This document shows, one piece after another, positions 18,807-28,351 of a stretch of 64,000 nucleotides of DNA (positions are counted from its first letter, which is position 1; every line of letters begins with the position of its first letter). The position numbers were made by a program, and so were the translations under genes. The stretch comes from an uncultured Chloroflexia bacterium (lineage in GTDB: Bacteria; Chloroflexota; Limnocylindria; Limnocylindrales; CSP1-4), in NCBI GenBank assembly GCA_963731865.1, contig CAVSXG010000002.1, positions 1,898,692-1,962,691 on the forward strand, written 5' to 3'. Below the pieces are notes generated by a model. The model had not been told where the DNA came from, did no database searches, and worked only from the letters and a program-made list of their open reading frames with translations.

Positions 18807-18990
18807 CTAGGCGATTTCGCGGCGGACCTTGAGCACCAGCCCCTCGGGGGCGTGGGCCCGCCGTTCGACAGTACCGACGCGCATCCCGGGCTCGTAGACG
18901 GCGCTCCGGCCCTTGCCCGCGGCCTTCGCGACGTACATCGCCGCGTCGGCATTCGTCAGCAGCTCGTCCACCGACCGGTTCGGTCGCCTC
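18807..18990 (-). pseudogene. 3'-terminal remnant of a GGDEF (diguanylate cyclase) domain gene.
   Basis: The minus-strand frame reads ...VDELLTNADAAMYVAKAAGKGRSAVYEPGMRVGTVERRAHAPEGLVLKVRREIA* (stop 18809-18807). ADxAMYxAKxxGKxR is the C-terminal GGDEF-domain signature. No intact upstream domain or start is present. Confidence 0.45.
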
Positions 18991-19081
18991 GTGGTATTCG
19001 GGCGGACTCAGAATGGCGGCGATCGCCGGCGTCGCCAATAACCCCTTCGTACCAATCGAGGTCGGGCCGGCGGGTCAGCGC

Positions 19082-19363
19082 TCAGACGTGCCGATGCCGG
19101 TCCGATTCGTCGTGGGCCGCCGGAGCGTCATCGTCGCGCGGCGGTTGTTCCCAGCCCATGCTCGCTGCATCGGCCTGCGGCACCGAGAGGTGGATGACCT
19201 CCCCCTCGACATTCGCGACCGCCGTCGCGGGGACGTAGATGTCGCTCGCCAGTCCGCCGGTGGCGGTGAGGATGTAGTTCTGGCTCACCTCCCGCACCTC
19301 GCCGATGCGGTGGCCATCATTGCCGACGACGGTCCAGCCGGGCTTGATGTCTGCCATTCGCAT
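19082..19363 (-). CDS. PRC-barrel-like (DUF2171-like) small protein.
   Basis: MRMADIKPGWTVVGNDGHRIGEVREVSQNYILTATGGLASDIYVPATAVANVEGEVIHLSV... AGGAGGAGG RBS. Confidence 0.55.
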   Translation of the reverse strand: MRMADIKPGWTVVGNDGHRIGEVREVSQNYILTATGGLASDIYVPATAVANVEGEVIHLSVPQADAASMGWEQPPRDDDAPAAHDESDRHRHV

Positions 19364-19441
19364 CGCGACGCGGGCCTCCTCCTACTGAGCGTTCCACCTG
19401 AGCGCTCACGGACATCCTAGGCGCCACCCGCGAGTCGCGGC

Positions 19442-22239
19442 TCACCAGGCTGCGAGCATCCAGATCCCTGGATCGGGATCGGCTGGGTTGCCACCGACCT
19501 CTGCGAAGGCCTCGACCGCTCGGCGCTGGTGCGGCCGCGCCGCTTCATCGAGCCCCGCCGAGTGGAGCAGGTCCGCGATGTGATTCTCGACGGCGGCTTC
19601 GAGATGGCGGTCCCCCACGCGTTGGCACGCCAACACGGCATTTTCCCCGTGCGAGAGCATCGCTTCGATCTGTCCGAGGGCGGATTCCGACATCGCCAAT
19701 CCAATCTCGGCAGCGATCCCCGCGGTTGGATCCGGATCATCCAGTGCTGCGACGCGTGCGAGCCGGAGGGCGGTGCGAGCGGCGACTGGGTCATTCCGAT
19801 CGAGTGCAGTCAAGCCGAGCATCCGATTGGCCGAACCAGCCGTGGCGGGATCCGCCCCCTCCGTCGCCAGGGCCAAGGCGCTCGATGCGGCCTCCTGGGC
19901 GGACTCGCTGTCGCCGACCCGGCGCTTGACGATCGATCGAGTCACCAGCATCTGGGCCTGCAACCGCGCATCGTCGACAACGGCAAATCCAGCGTCGAGG
20001 TGACGATCCGCGGCGACAAGGTCGCCGCGCCGCACGTGCACTCGGGCCAGGGCAAGTTCAAGCCCCGCCTGTCGACCCGGAACGGCAAACGCCGCCGCAG
20101 TCTCCAGCGAAGCGATCGCACCGGCGTAGTCGCCGACGCGTGTCTTCAGGCCGCCGATTGCCTCGTGGAGCCCGGCAACGTCTTGGTGGCCGAGACCCGC
20201 CGCGGCTTCATACAGGTCGATCGCTTCTGCGTTGGCATAGACGGCGGCTGCACGATTGGCCGCATCCCGATACGCCTCGGCGGCCTCGGCGTCTCGCCCG
20301 GCATCGCGCTCGTGCTGGGCGATCTGAACGAACCGACCAAGGTCATCCCGTCCTGATCCCGCAAGGTCAAGACGAAAGGCCTCCGCGATCCGACGATGCA
20401 GGAGGCGACGCCGCGCCACGCTCAAGGACTCCTCGGACAGGTCGCGGAGCGCGGCGTGGGCGAAGTCGTACCGCGGCTCCCGGCGACCCGGTGTCGACAG
20501 CTCTCGAATCAGGCCCCGCCGCAGGAGCTCATCGAGAGCCGCGACGGTCTCATCGTCTGATCGTCCGCTGGCGTGCCGGACGGTCGGTAGGTCGAACGAA
20601 CGCCCGATGAGCGCAGCCGCGGCCAGGACCTGCCGTGCTGCGCCATCCACGGAACCGAGTCGCTGGCGCACAACCGCTCGGACACCGTTTGGCATTTCGC
20701 CCGGAACAGCTCCTCCGGCAAGCGCCTCGACGACGTAGAGCGGCAAACCCTCGGAGGCACGCATCAATTCGTCGATCAGGCCTGGCGCCGGCCGCTCATC
20801 GCCGGTCGCGGCTGCGGCAAGCTCGGCGACGGCGGCGCGGTCGAACCGTTCGAGCGTCAGGGTCGAGGTCGCCGGCAGACCCTCGATCATCTCCGAGAAC
20901 CCGAGGTGGTCGGCGTCGAGGTCCTCGCGCCGCCACGTCAGGATCACGAGCACCGGTCGACCGGCAAGGCGGCGGAGCAGGTACGACAGGGCCTCGAGCG
21001 AGGCAGCATCCGCCCATTGGGCGTCATCGAGCCAGAGCGTCCCGGGCTGCGAGCCGGCCAGCAGCGCGGTCAGAGAGTCCGCGATGGCAGCGACCAGGCG
21101 GGCGTGCGCGGTCGGGCTCTCGCTCGGCGACGCGCGTCGTCCCGGGCCTTCGAACTCGGGCAGCAGCTGGCCGATCTCAGTCAACAGGAGGGGTGTCAGA
21201 AGCCGCCGACGCTCAGGATCGGCCAGGCCGGCACGCAGGAGTTCGACGACGACGCCGTATGCGATTGCGCGTTCCGCCTCATACGCCTGGGCGGCGATGA
21301 CGGTGCCGCCGGCGCCTGCGTGTCAAGTGCGACGGCCTCGGCGAGGCGGGTCTTTCCGATCCCCGCTTCTCCGGCGAGGACCACGACGCGACCATCCCTG
21401 GCTGCGCTCGCTCGTGCGCTCGCGATGAGATCCACTTCCGCGCGGCGCCCGACCATCGGCAGGCGCGCCGGGCTCTCGCGCCGCGGGAACCAAAGGTGGT
21501 GGCGGCGCGGGCGGCGCGGCGTCGCGGATGGCCTCGTATCGAGCCGTGGTCTCCGCGAGCGGCGCTACGCCGAGCTCGCGATCGAGCGTGGCGACGCAAT
21601 TGCGGTATTGGCGGAGGGCGCCCGCACGGTCGCCGGTGGCCGCGAGCACCTCCATCAGGCGCACATGGGCGCCTTCATCAAGCGGATCGAGGTCAACCCG
21701 CCGGGCTGCCGCCTCCCGTGCTCCGACGAGATCTCCAGCGGCCTCCGCAGCGAGCGCTCAGCTGATCCAGCACCGACGCGACCGCACGCTCAACCGCCAT
21801 CGCCTTTGCCCGCTCGCCAGTCGTCGAAGTCCGGGCTGTCACGGAGGCCGAACCCTGCGAGGAACGGGCCTCGGGCAAGCGCGGCCGCGGCGGCGAGATC
21901 GGGGAGGTGCCTCGCATGCACCGCGTTCTCGAGCTGGTCCAGGTCGACACGAACCATCGCCGGATCGAGTCCGACGTTCGCTCGGTCGACGATCAGGGCC
22001 TCGTTGCCAACGGCCGAGCGAAGCGTCGACAACGTGCGCCGGAGCGCACCTCGAGCGGACATGTCATCCGCCTCGGGCCAGAGCAATGCGGCCAACTCTG
22101 TCCGGGCGTACGCCCGTCGCTCCGTGGCAAGGAGCAGCAGGATGGCAAGCGCCTTTCGCGTGTCGACCTGGATCGGGGCGCCATGGACGAGGACCACCGG
22201 CGGACCGAGCAGGCTGATGTCGAGTGTTGGCGCGACCAC
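19442..22239 (-). pseudogene. SARP/AfsR-type regulator (winged-helix DNA-binding domain + BTAD + P-loop NTPase + TPR). It is broken into at least 5 frames as sequenced.
   Basis: N-terminus (21790-22239): ...DTRKALAILLLLATERRAYARTELAALLWPE...RGALRRTLSTLRSAV. BTAD: ...RLMEVLAATGDRAGALRQYRNCVATLDRELGVAPLAETTARYEAI. P-loop: VVLAGEAGIGKTRLAE. The 580-aa C-terminal ORF (19442-21184) has LWLDDAQWADAASLEAL plus TPR-like helices. Frame changes occur near 21800, 21755, 21450, 21300 and 21190. Confidence 0.8.
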
Positions 22240-22322
22240 GGTGTAACGGTACGCCCTGCGGTATGACGTTCCGTAACGATTCGAGGACGGTCGTCCCGCA
22301 TTCTCGACATATGGAGGTCACG

Positions 22323-23540
22323 ATGCCAACGCTCCGCTGGTTCGTCGTGCTCCCGTGGGCGCTGGCGATCGGATTGTTTGCGTGCCTTCTCGCCGCTGCC
22401 GTTGTCGCCGGGCAAACGCCTGATTTCGGAGGCGGGGAGGCCATCGAGCTCGTGGCCTTCTTCGGCATCATCGGGTTGTGGGGCGTGGCGAACGCGACGA
22501 TGGGCGCGCTCATCGTCCTGCGACGCCCGGGCAATCCGATTGGACGACTCCTGCTCGTGGGCGGTCCACTGGTCATCAGCGTTTTCCTGGGTTTCGCGCT
22601 GAGCGGGCTCCGAACGCTGATCGGCGGGTCCGAGGATCTGCTTGGCGGCCTGGCGGGTTGGTGGGCCTCGATCGCGTTCTTCCCCGCGCTCCTCATCGCG
22701 TGGCCGCTCATCGCGATCCTGTTTCCTGACGGCCGCCTGCCCTCGCCTCGATGGCGGCTGCCCGTGATCTCGATCGTCGTCGGAGAAGGCATCGTCTCCG
22801 GGGTCAGCGCCCTCAGGCAAGGTCCAGTTTCGCCAGGTCTGCCCGACAACCCCTTCGGCGTCCTCAGCCTTTCGGATGCCGTTAGCTCGGTGGTTGGCGT
22901 CGGCGGGACCGTGCTGTTCCTCGCGTCCCTCGTCGTTGCGTTCGCCGCGATCGCGGTTCGATGGCGCCAGGGGGATGTGCTGACGCGAGCCCAGCTCAAA
23001 TGGTTGCTCGGGGCGATCGCACTCGGGGTCGTCCTCTTTCCGCTCGGCTTTGGCGGAGACGTGTTCAACGCTCTCGACCTGTTGGGGGTGGGCAGCGCGA
23101 GCCTCATACCGATCGCGATCGCCATCGCGGTGCTGCGATACCGACTCTTCGAGATCGATCGGATCATCAGCCGGACCCTGACGTACGGCGTGCTGACCGT
23201 CGTGCTCGTCGGCACCTACCTGGTTGGCTTCGCGCTCGTGCAGGCATTCCTCGCGCCGTTCACGACCGGCGGCGGGCCAGTCGCTGTCGCCGCCTCGACA
23301 CTGGTCGTATTCGCCCTGTTCCAGCCCCTCCGTCGGTGGTTACGCGTGTTGATGGATCGGCGCTTCAACCGATCCCGCTTTGACGCTCAGCGAACCGTCG
23401 AGGGCTTTGCGGCGAATCTTCGAGACGAGTTCGATGCCGACCGCGTCGGCGACGAATTGGGCGCGATTGTTGAGCGCACGCTGGCTCCGACCTCCATCGA
23501 TGTCTGGCTCCGACCGTCCGTACGGATCGCCGGTCGATGA
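22323..23540 (+). CDS. Paralog 1 of 7: polytopic membrane protein with a conserved cytoplasmic C-terminal module ('kinase-less sensor-like').
   Basis: GGAGG RBS and ATG at 22323; 405 aa. Motifs: GALIVLRRPGNPIGRL, FPDGRLPSPRW, DNPFG, RAQLKWL, IAVLRYRLFEIDRIISRTLTYG, FQPLRRWLRVLMDRRFNRSRFDAQRT, VWLR. Confidence 0.85.
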   Translation: MPTLRWFVVLPWALAIGLFACLLAAAVVAGQTPDFGGGEAIELVAFFGIIGLWGVANATMGALIVLRRPGNPIGRLLLVGGPLVISVFLGFALSGLRTLIGGSEDLLGGLAGWWASIAFFPALLIAWPLIAILFPDGRLPSPRWRLPVISIVVGEGIVSGVSALRQGPVSPGLPDNPFGVLSLSDAVSSVVGVGGTVLFLASLVVAFAAIAVRWRQGDVLTRAQLKWLLGAIALGVVLFPLGFGGDVFNALDLLGVGSASLIPIAIAIAVLRYRLFEIDRIISRTLTYGVLTVVLVGTYLVGFALVQAFLAPFTTGGGPVAVAASTLVVFALFQPLRRWLRVLMDRRFNRSRFDAQRTVEGFAANLRDEFDADRVGDELGAIVERTLAPTSIDVWLRPSVRIAGR

Positions 23541-24718
23541 AGCGCGCGCTCGGCCTTGGCGTACGGCTTGCGATCGTTGGCCTCGTTATCGGCGCGATCA
23601 CTCTCTCGGCAACCAGCCCGCTTGGACCAGTGGGACTCGTCGCCTTGCCATATCTGGGCGTGGGCGCGCTTTTGGTCGCCCGCCGACCGGAGACATCTAT
23701 TGGCTGGATTCTCGTCGGCGTGGGCGCTTGCTACACGCTGTTGTCGATGCCAGTTACGGCTGATGCCCGGCAGTTCGCCGAGGGGACAGTCGATACGCCG
23801 GTCCTCCTTTTCGCGATCGTGCATGCGGGTCTCGGAACGACCTCGTTCTTCCTGTTCGCGGTTCTGATGATCGTGTTCCCGTCTGGCCGATTGCCTGCGG
23901 GACGGTGGGGTCGACTCGCTCGGGCAGCGTTGGGAACGGGTCTCATCTTCGCCGCGTCGGCCTACGTGATGCCCGAGATAAGCGTTGGCTATCCGGTGAG
24001 CGCCTGGGTTCCCAACCCGATTGCCCTGCTCCCAGAGGTTGCCATCTGGCAGGTGCTTACGCCGAGCACCGCGATCATTCCGGTCATGATCCTCATGGCG
24101 GCCGGCGCGATTTCCCTGTTCGTCCGAGCCAGACACGCGGCCGGCGTTGAGCGCCAACAGCTCCGTTGGATTGCAGCGTCGTTTGTGCTCGTCATCTCGG
24201 CCGTCCTGAGCGGCTTCGTCATCGGGATCATCCTTGTGCCGAGCGCGGGAGAAAGCGGCCTTGCGTGGATCCCGGTGATCTTCGCCTTCCCGCTGCCGCC
24301 CATAGCGATCGGGATCGCGGTGCTTCGCTATCGCCTGTACGACATCGACCGGATCATCAGCCGGACGATCGCGTACGCCTCTGTAAGCGGGATGCTCCTA
24401 GTCGTCTACGCCGGCCTGATCCTTGTGCTACAGGGTCCGCTGGGCACGATCACCGGTGGCGAGACAGTTGCGGTGGCCGCGTCAACGCTGGTCGCGGCGG
24501 CACTCTTCCAACCCATGCGCCGTCGAACCCAGGCCGCGGTGGACCATCGCTTCAACCGGGCTCGGTATGACGCGGAGCGGACGATCGACGCACTTGCGGC
24601 GGTCCTTCGCGATGAGATGGATTTACCCGTCGTCCGGGGGGCTGTCATCGACGCCGTCGAGCGCACCGTCGAGCCGACGGCAGCCAGCCTGTGGCTCCGT
24701 GCGGAGCAGGCGCGATGA
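23537..24718 (+). CDS. Paralog 2 of 7, same family.
   Basis: ATGA overlap with paralog 1; 393 aa. Motifs: RQQLRWI, IAVLRYRLYDIDRIISRTIAYA, FQPMRRRTQAAVDHRFNRARYDAERT, LWLR. Confidence 0.85.
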   Translation: MKRALGLGVRLAIVGLVIGAITLSATSPLGPVGLVALPYLGVGALLVARRPETSIGWILVGVGACYTLLSMPVTADARQFAEGTVDTPVLLFAIVHAGLGTTSFFLFAVLMIVFPSGRLPAGRWGRLARAALGTGLIFAASAYVMPEISVGYPVSAWVPNPIALLPEVAIWQVLTPSTAIIPVMILMAAGAISLFVRARHAAGVERQQLRWIAASFVLVISAVLSGFVIGIILVPSAGESGLAWIPVIFAFPLPPIAIGIAVLRYRLYDIDRIISRTIAYASVSGMLLVVYAGLILVLQGPLGTITGGETVAVAASTLVAAALFQPMRRRTQAAVDHRFNRARYDAERTIDALAAVLRDEMDLPVVRGAVIDAVERTVEPTAASLWLRAEQAR

Positions 24719-25935
24719 TGCGGCGCCTGGCCCGGCCATTCGCGATCTCGGCGGTCGCCGTTGCGGTCATTGGCGCAATCGGCGGGCTAACCATCCGGGC
24801 CATCGATCCCGTGCCGGTCATCCCCGACACGCTTGGGTTCACGGATGCTGCGCAAGTGGCCTTCGCGTTTCTGGGCGTCACTTTTGCCGCCGTTGGAGCG
24901 TTGCTCGTGGTGCGCCGGCCCGAGAACGCGGTTGGCTGGCTGATGATGTTGATCGGCTGTTCGAACGCGCTCGCGGGGCTGACAGCAGCCGTCACGTTCT
25001 CCGCGGTAGCCGATGGGCCATCGGGCGCGGCTGCCGCCGGGGTTGCTGGCTGGTTGACCGGCCTCTTCACGATGACCGGCACGCTCGTGTTCGGGCTTGG
25101 CTTCATCTTTCCAACGGGTCACGGGCACACACCTGCCTGGGATCGATTCATCCGGGTCGGCGCGGTCGCTTTGCTCATCGTGCTAGTCGTGTTCTTCCTC
25201 ATCAGACCCGGTCCCCTCCAGGTATTCGCGACAATCGAGAACCCATTCGGGATCGGGCCGGACATGCGACCGATCTTTGGACCGCAGATCTCGGCGGTTC
25301 TGGCGGCCTCGGGTCTCGTTATCCTCCCGTTCCTCGCGCTCTCGATCGTGACGCGCTACCGGATGTCGGTTCGAGCGGGTCGCCAGCAGCTGAAGTGGTT
25401 CATCCTCGCGCTCGCCGTGGCGCTCGCGGGTGTCGCGGTGGCCCTGGTCGGCACGCTCGCGAGTGGCGGTCCGCGGGAGGCCGGCCTCGTGGTGTTCGGG
25501 TTCGCCGGGGCCCTCATCCCGGTCGCGATCGGCATCGCGATCCTTCGCCACAACCTGTATGACATCGATCGGATCATCAGCCGCACGATCAGTTATGCGG
25601 CTCTCACCGCCGTGCTTGCCGCTGTGTTCGGATTGGTGACGCTATCGCTCGGCGTCGTACTCGGCACGCTTGGGCAGGGCCAGGGCATCGCCGTGGCTGG
25701 GTCGACGCTCCTGGTCGCCGCACTGTTCGGTCCGCTTCGACGGCGCGCCCAGTCGGTCGTTGATCGGCGGTTCGACCGATCCCACTACGACGCTTCGCGG
25801 ATCGTCCAGGCACTGACCACGCGATTGCGCGACGACGTCGATCTCGAGCGCATCGAAGGCGACGTGCTCAGCGTCGTGCAGCGCGCGTTCCGCCCCACGA
25901 TTGTGGGCGTTTGGCTGCGGAGACCATTGCGATGA
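24715..25935 (+). CDS. Paralog 3 of 7, same family.
   Basis: Start refined to the ATG at 24715 (ATGA overlap); 406 aa. Motifs: ENPFGIGPD, RQQLKWF, IAILRHNLYDIDRIISRTISYA, VDRRFDRSHYDASR, VWLR. Confidence 0.85.
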   Translation: MMRRLARPFAISAVAVAVIGAIGGLTIRAIDPVPVIPDTLGFTDAAQVAFAFLGVTFAAVGALLVVRRPENAVGWLMMLIGCSNALAGLTAAVTFSAVADGPSGAAAAGVAGWLTGLFTMTGTLVFGLGFIFPTGHGHTPAWDRFIRVGAVALLIVLVVFFLIRPGPLQVFATIENPFGIGPDMRPIFGPQISAVLAASGLVILPFLALSIVTRYRMSVRAGRQQLKWFILALAVALAGVAVALVGTLASGGPREAGLVVFGFAGALIPVAIGIAILRHNLYDIDRIISRTISYAALTAVLAAVFGLVTLSLGVVLGTLGQGQGIAVAGSTLLVAALFGPLRRRAQSVVDRRFDRSHYDASRIVQALTTRLRDDVDLERIEGDVLSVVQRAFRPTIVGVWLRRPLR

Positions 25936-27143
25936 CCGCCGCTCGCGCCTTCGCGGCGGCGGGCCTTGGTGTGGCGATCGTCGGGGCGGTCGGCACCGTC
26001 CTCGTCCGATACGGGTCACCGACCCCGTTGATCTCGTCGATGTTCGGGTTTGGTGGCGCTGCGATGTTCGGCTACCTGATTGGGGGCCTGGCCTGGTCGT
26101 CGATGGGGGCCCTGCTCGTGATTCGTCGGCGCGGGAACGCCGTGGGTTGGCTGATGGTGCTCGTAGGCGTGGGGTTCGCCCTGTCGCAGCTCTCCATTTC
26201 GCTGGCCTCCATGTTCGCCGCCGACGGCACCGCTGAAGGCCAGCGCCTCGCCCAGGTCGCCGCCTGGGCAACGGTCCTGCTGCAACTTGTCGGAGTTTTC
26301 CAGATCGGGATTGGGTTCCTGTTTCCTGGCGGGCGGGCCCAGAGCCGCGGATGGGCACGGTTCATTCGCATCGTCTGGGCGTTCGCGATCGTGTTCACCG
26401 TGGTCAGCCTGACCCAGCCGGGTCCCCTGCAACTGGTTCCCGCCCTTCAAAACCCATTTGGTTTTGGGCCCGACTTTCGTGGAGATCGGGCGATCGCGCC
26501 GATTTTCATCGTCCTGGGGCTGGTCATTCTCGTGGGCCTCGGAGCCTCAATGGCCCAGCGGTATCGGTCGGCAGGCCTCGTCGAGCGCCTCCAGTTGAAA
26601 TGGTTCGTCACGGCGCTGGGCCTGACATCGGTCGGGCTCGCCATCACGGTCTCGGAGGTGATCTTTCCGGCTCGGTTTGCCGCGGGGACCGGCCTCACGG
26701 TCTTCGTCTATGCGGGAGCGGTGGTCCCGGTCGCGATCGCCATCGCGATCCTGCGCCACCACCTCTTCGATATCGAACGGATCATCAGCCGCACGATCGG
26801 CTATGCGGTAGTCACCGCGGTGCTGGCGGTCGTGTTCGGGCTGGCAGTCCTGTCGTTTGGCGTCGTCCTCGGCTCCCTCGGGGAGGGCGAGACGATCGCT
26901 GTGGCTGGTTCGACCCTGCTGGTCGCGGCACTGTTCGGTCCGCTTAGGCGACGGGCTCAGGCGCTCGTCGACCGCCGCTTCGACCGATCGAGCTTTGACG
27001 CATCCCTGACCGTCCAGGCGATGACGGATCGGTTACGCGACGACGTGGACATCGACCGGGTGGAGGCCGATGTGCTTGGCGTGGTGGATCGGACGTTCCA
27101 TCCGACACGGGCTGGCGTATGGCTTCGGGGGCCGTCGCGATGA
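25932..27143 (+). CDS. Paralog 4 of 7, same family.
   Basis: Start refined to the ATG at 25932 (ATGA overlap); 403 aa. Motifs: QNPFGFGPDF, RLQLKWF, IAILRHHLFDIERIISRTIGYA, VDRRFDRSSFDASL, VWLR. Confidence 0.85.
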   Translation: MTAARAFAAAGLGVAIVGAVGTVLVRYGSPTPLISSMFGFGGAAMFGYLIGGLAWSSMGALLVIRRRGNAVGWLMVLVGVGFALSQLSISLASMFAADGTAEGQRLAQVAAWATVLLQLVGVFQIGIGFLFPGGRAQSRGWARFIRIVWAFAIVFTVVSLTQPGPLQLVPALQNPFGFGPDFRGDRAIAPIFIVLGLVILVGLGASMAQRYRSAGLVERLQLKWFVTALGLTSVGLAITVSEVIFPARFAAGTGLTVFVYAGAVVPVAIAIAILRHHLFDIERIISRTIGYAVVTAVLAVVFGLAVLSFGVVLGSLGEGETIAVAGSTLLVAALFGPLRRRAQALVDRRFDRSSFDASLTVQAMTDRLRDDVDIDRVEADVLGVVDRTFHPTRAGVWLRGPSR

Positions 27144-28351
27144 GCGGCCGGCGCGCGTTCGCCCTGGGGGGCCTCGCCCTCGCGCTTGTCGGGGCCGTGG
27201 GCGCGATCCTGGTTCGCCTCGCGACGCAGGCGCCATTCCTACCGATCACCTTTGGGTTCGGTCCGGTCGCGATGGTCGCGTTCATCATCATGGGGCTCAG
27301 CTGGGCGTCGATCGGGGCCTTCCTGGTCATCCGACGTCCCCAGAACGTGGTCGGGTTGTTCATGGTGTTGGCGGGGGCAGGGTACGCGCTGTCAATGCTT
27401 GGCCTCGCTCTGACGTTCGCATTCGCTGCCGATGGGACCGCGGATCGGCGCCAACTGGCCGAGCTCGCGGGCTGGGCGACTGTCCTGTGCACGAACATCG
27501 GTGCCGCCGTGTTTTTCATCGGCTTCATCTTCCCGACGGGTCGGGCGCAATCGCCGCGCTGGGCAACGCTCTTCCGGCTCTCGTGGCCATTGATGCTCGT
27601 GATCGCGGCAGGGATTACCTTCCAGCCCGGTCCGTTGCACCTCTTCCCCACCCTGCAGAACCCGTTTGGTTTGGGCCCCGACTTCCGCGCCGGGCAGCCG
27701 GTCTCCCCGCTCGTCTGGATCCTGTCGGTCTTCCTTGGGCCGCTGCTGACCTTTTCGGTGGCGACCCGATACCGGATGGCCGGCCGCACCGAGCGGCAAC
27801 AGCTCAAATGGTTCGGTCTGGCGCTGATCATTGCGGTCTTCGGCGTCGGGTTCTCCGCGTACGGCGCGGCCTGGACGACAGGGACGCCGGCCGAAGTCGG
27901 CCTGGCGGTCTACGGGTTCGCCGCAGCGGGCGTTCCGGTCGCCATCGCGATCGCGATCCTGCGCCACCACCTCTACGACATCGATCGGATCTTCAGTCGA
28001 ACGATCGCCTACGGGCTCGTGAGCGCCATCCTGGCGACCGTCTTCGGCGGAATGATCGTGGTCTCGTCGGCGGCGCTCGCGTCGTTCGCCCAGGGCGAGA
28101 CCATCGCGGTCGCGGCGTCCACGCTCGCCGCCTTTGCCGTCTTCCAACCCGTGCTTCGCCGGGTCCGCCGCCAGGTTGACCGGCGCTTCAACCGGGCTCG
28201 GTATGACGCCGAGCAGACGGTCGCAACGTTCTCCGATCGGCTGCGCCACGAGATCGATCTCGCCCACCTGAGCAGCGATCTTGACGCGACCATCCGCGAA
28301 GCGATCGCGCCGCAGTCGGTCCGAATCTGGCTCCGGGCAAGCCGACGATGA
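27140..28351 (+). CDS. Paralog 5 of 7, same family.
   Basis: Start refined to the ATG at 27140 (ATGA overlap); 403 aa. Motifs: QNPFGLGPDF, RQQLKWF, IAILRHHLYDIDRIFSRTIAYG, VDRRFNRARYDAEQT, IWLR. Confidence 0.85.
   Translation: MSGRRAFALGGLALALVGAVGAILVRLATQAPFLPITFGFGPVAMVAFIIMGLSWASIGAFLVIRRPQNVVGLFMVLAGAGYALSMLGLALTFAFAADGTADRRQLAELAGWATVLCTNIGAAVFFIGFIFPTGRAQSPRWATLFRLSWPLMLVIAAGITFQPGPLHLFPTLQNPFGLGPDFRAGQPVSPLVWILSVFLGPLLTFSVATRYRMAGRTERQQLKWFGLALIIAVFGVGFSAYGAAWTTGTPAEVGLAVYGFAAAGVPVAIAIAILRHHLYDIDRIFSRTIAYGLVSAILATVFGGMIVVSSAALASFAQGETIAVAASTLAAFAVFQPVLRRVRRQVDRRFNRARYDAEQTVATFSDRLRHEIDLAHLSSDLDATIREAIAPQSVRIWLRASRR

Noticed and set aside
22281-22310. TCG-initiated heptads (TCGAGGA, TCGTCCC, TCGACAT at 10-13 bp spacing) as SARP-type direct repeats upstream of paralog 1.
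   Set aside because: The spacing is irregular. They end only about 13 nt before the start codon and overlap the RBS region, which is too close for an activator site overlapping a -35 element.
24423-27831. Alternative-frame ORFs inside the paralog array, for example 24423-25562 (379 aa), 26351-26947 and 26944-27831.
   Set aside because: All lie within the seven well-supported paralog genes and show the Arg/Pro/Gly bias expected of out-of-frame translation of GC-rich coding sequence.
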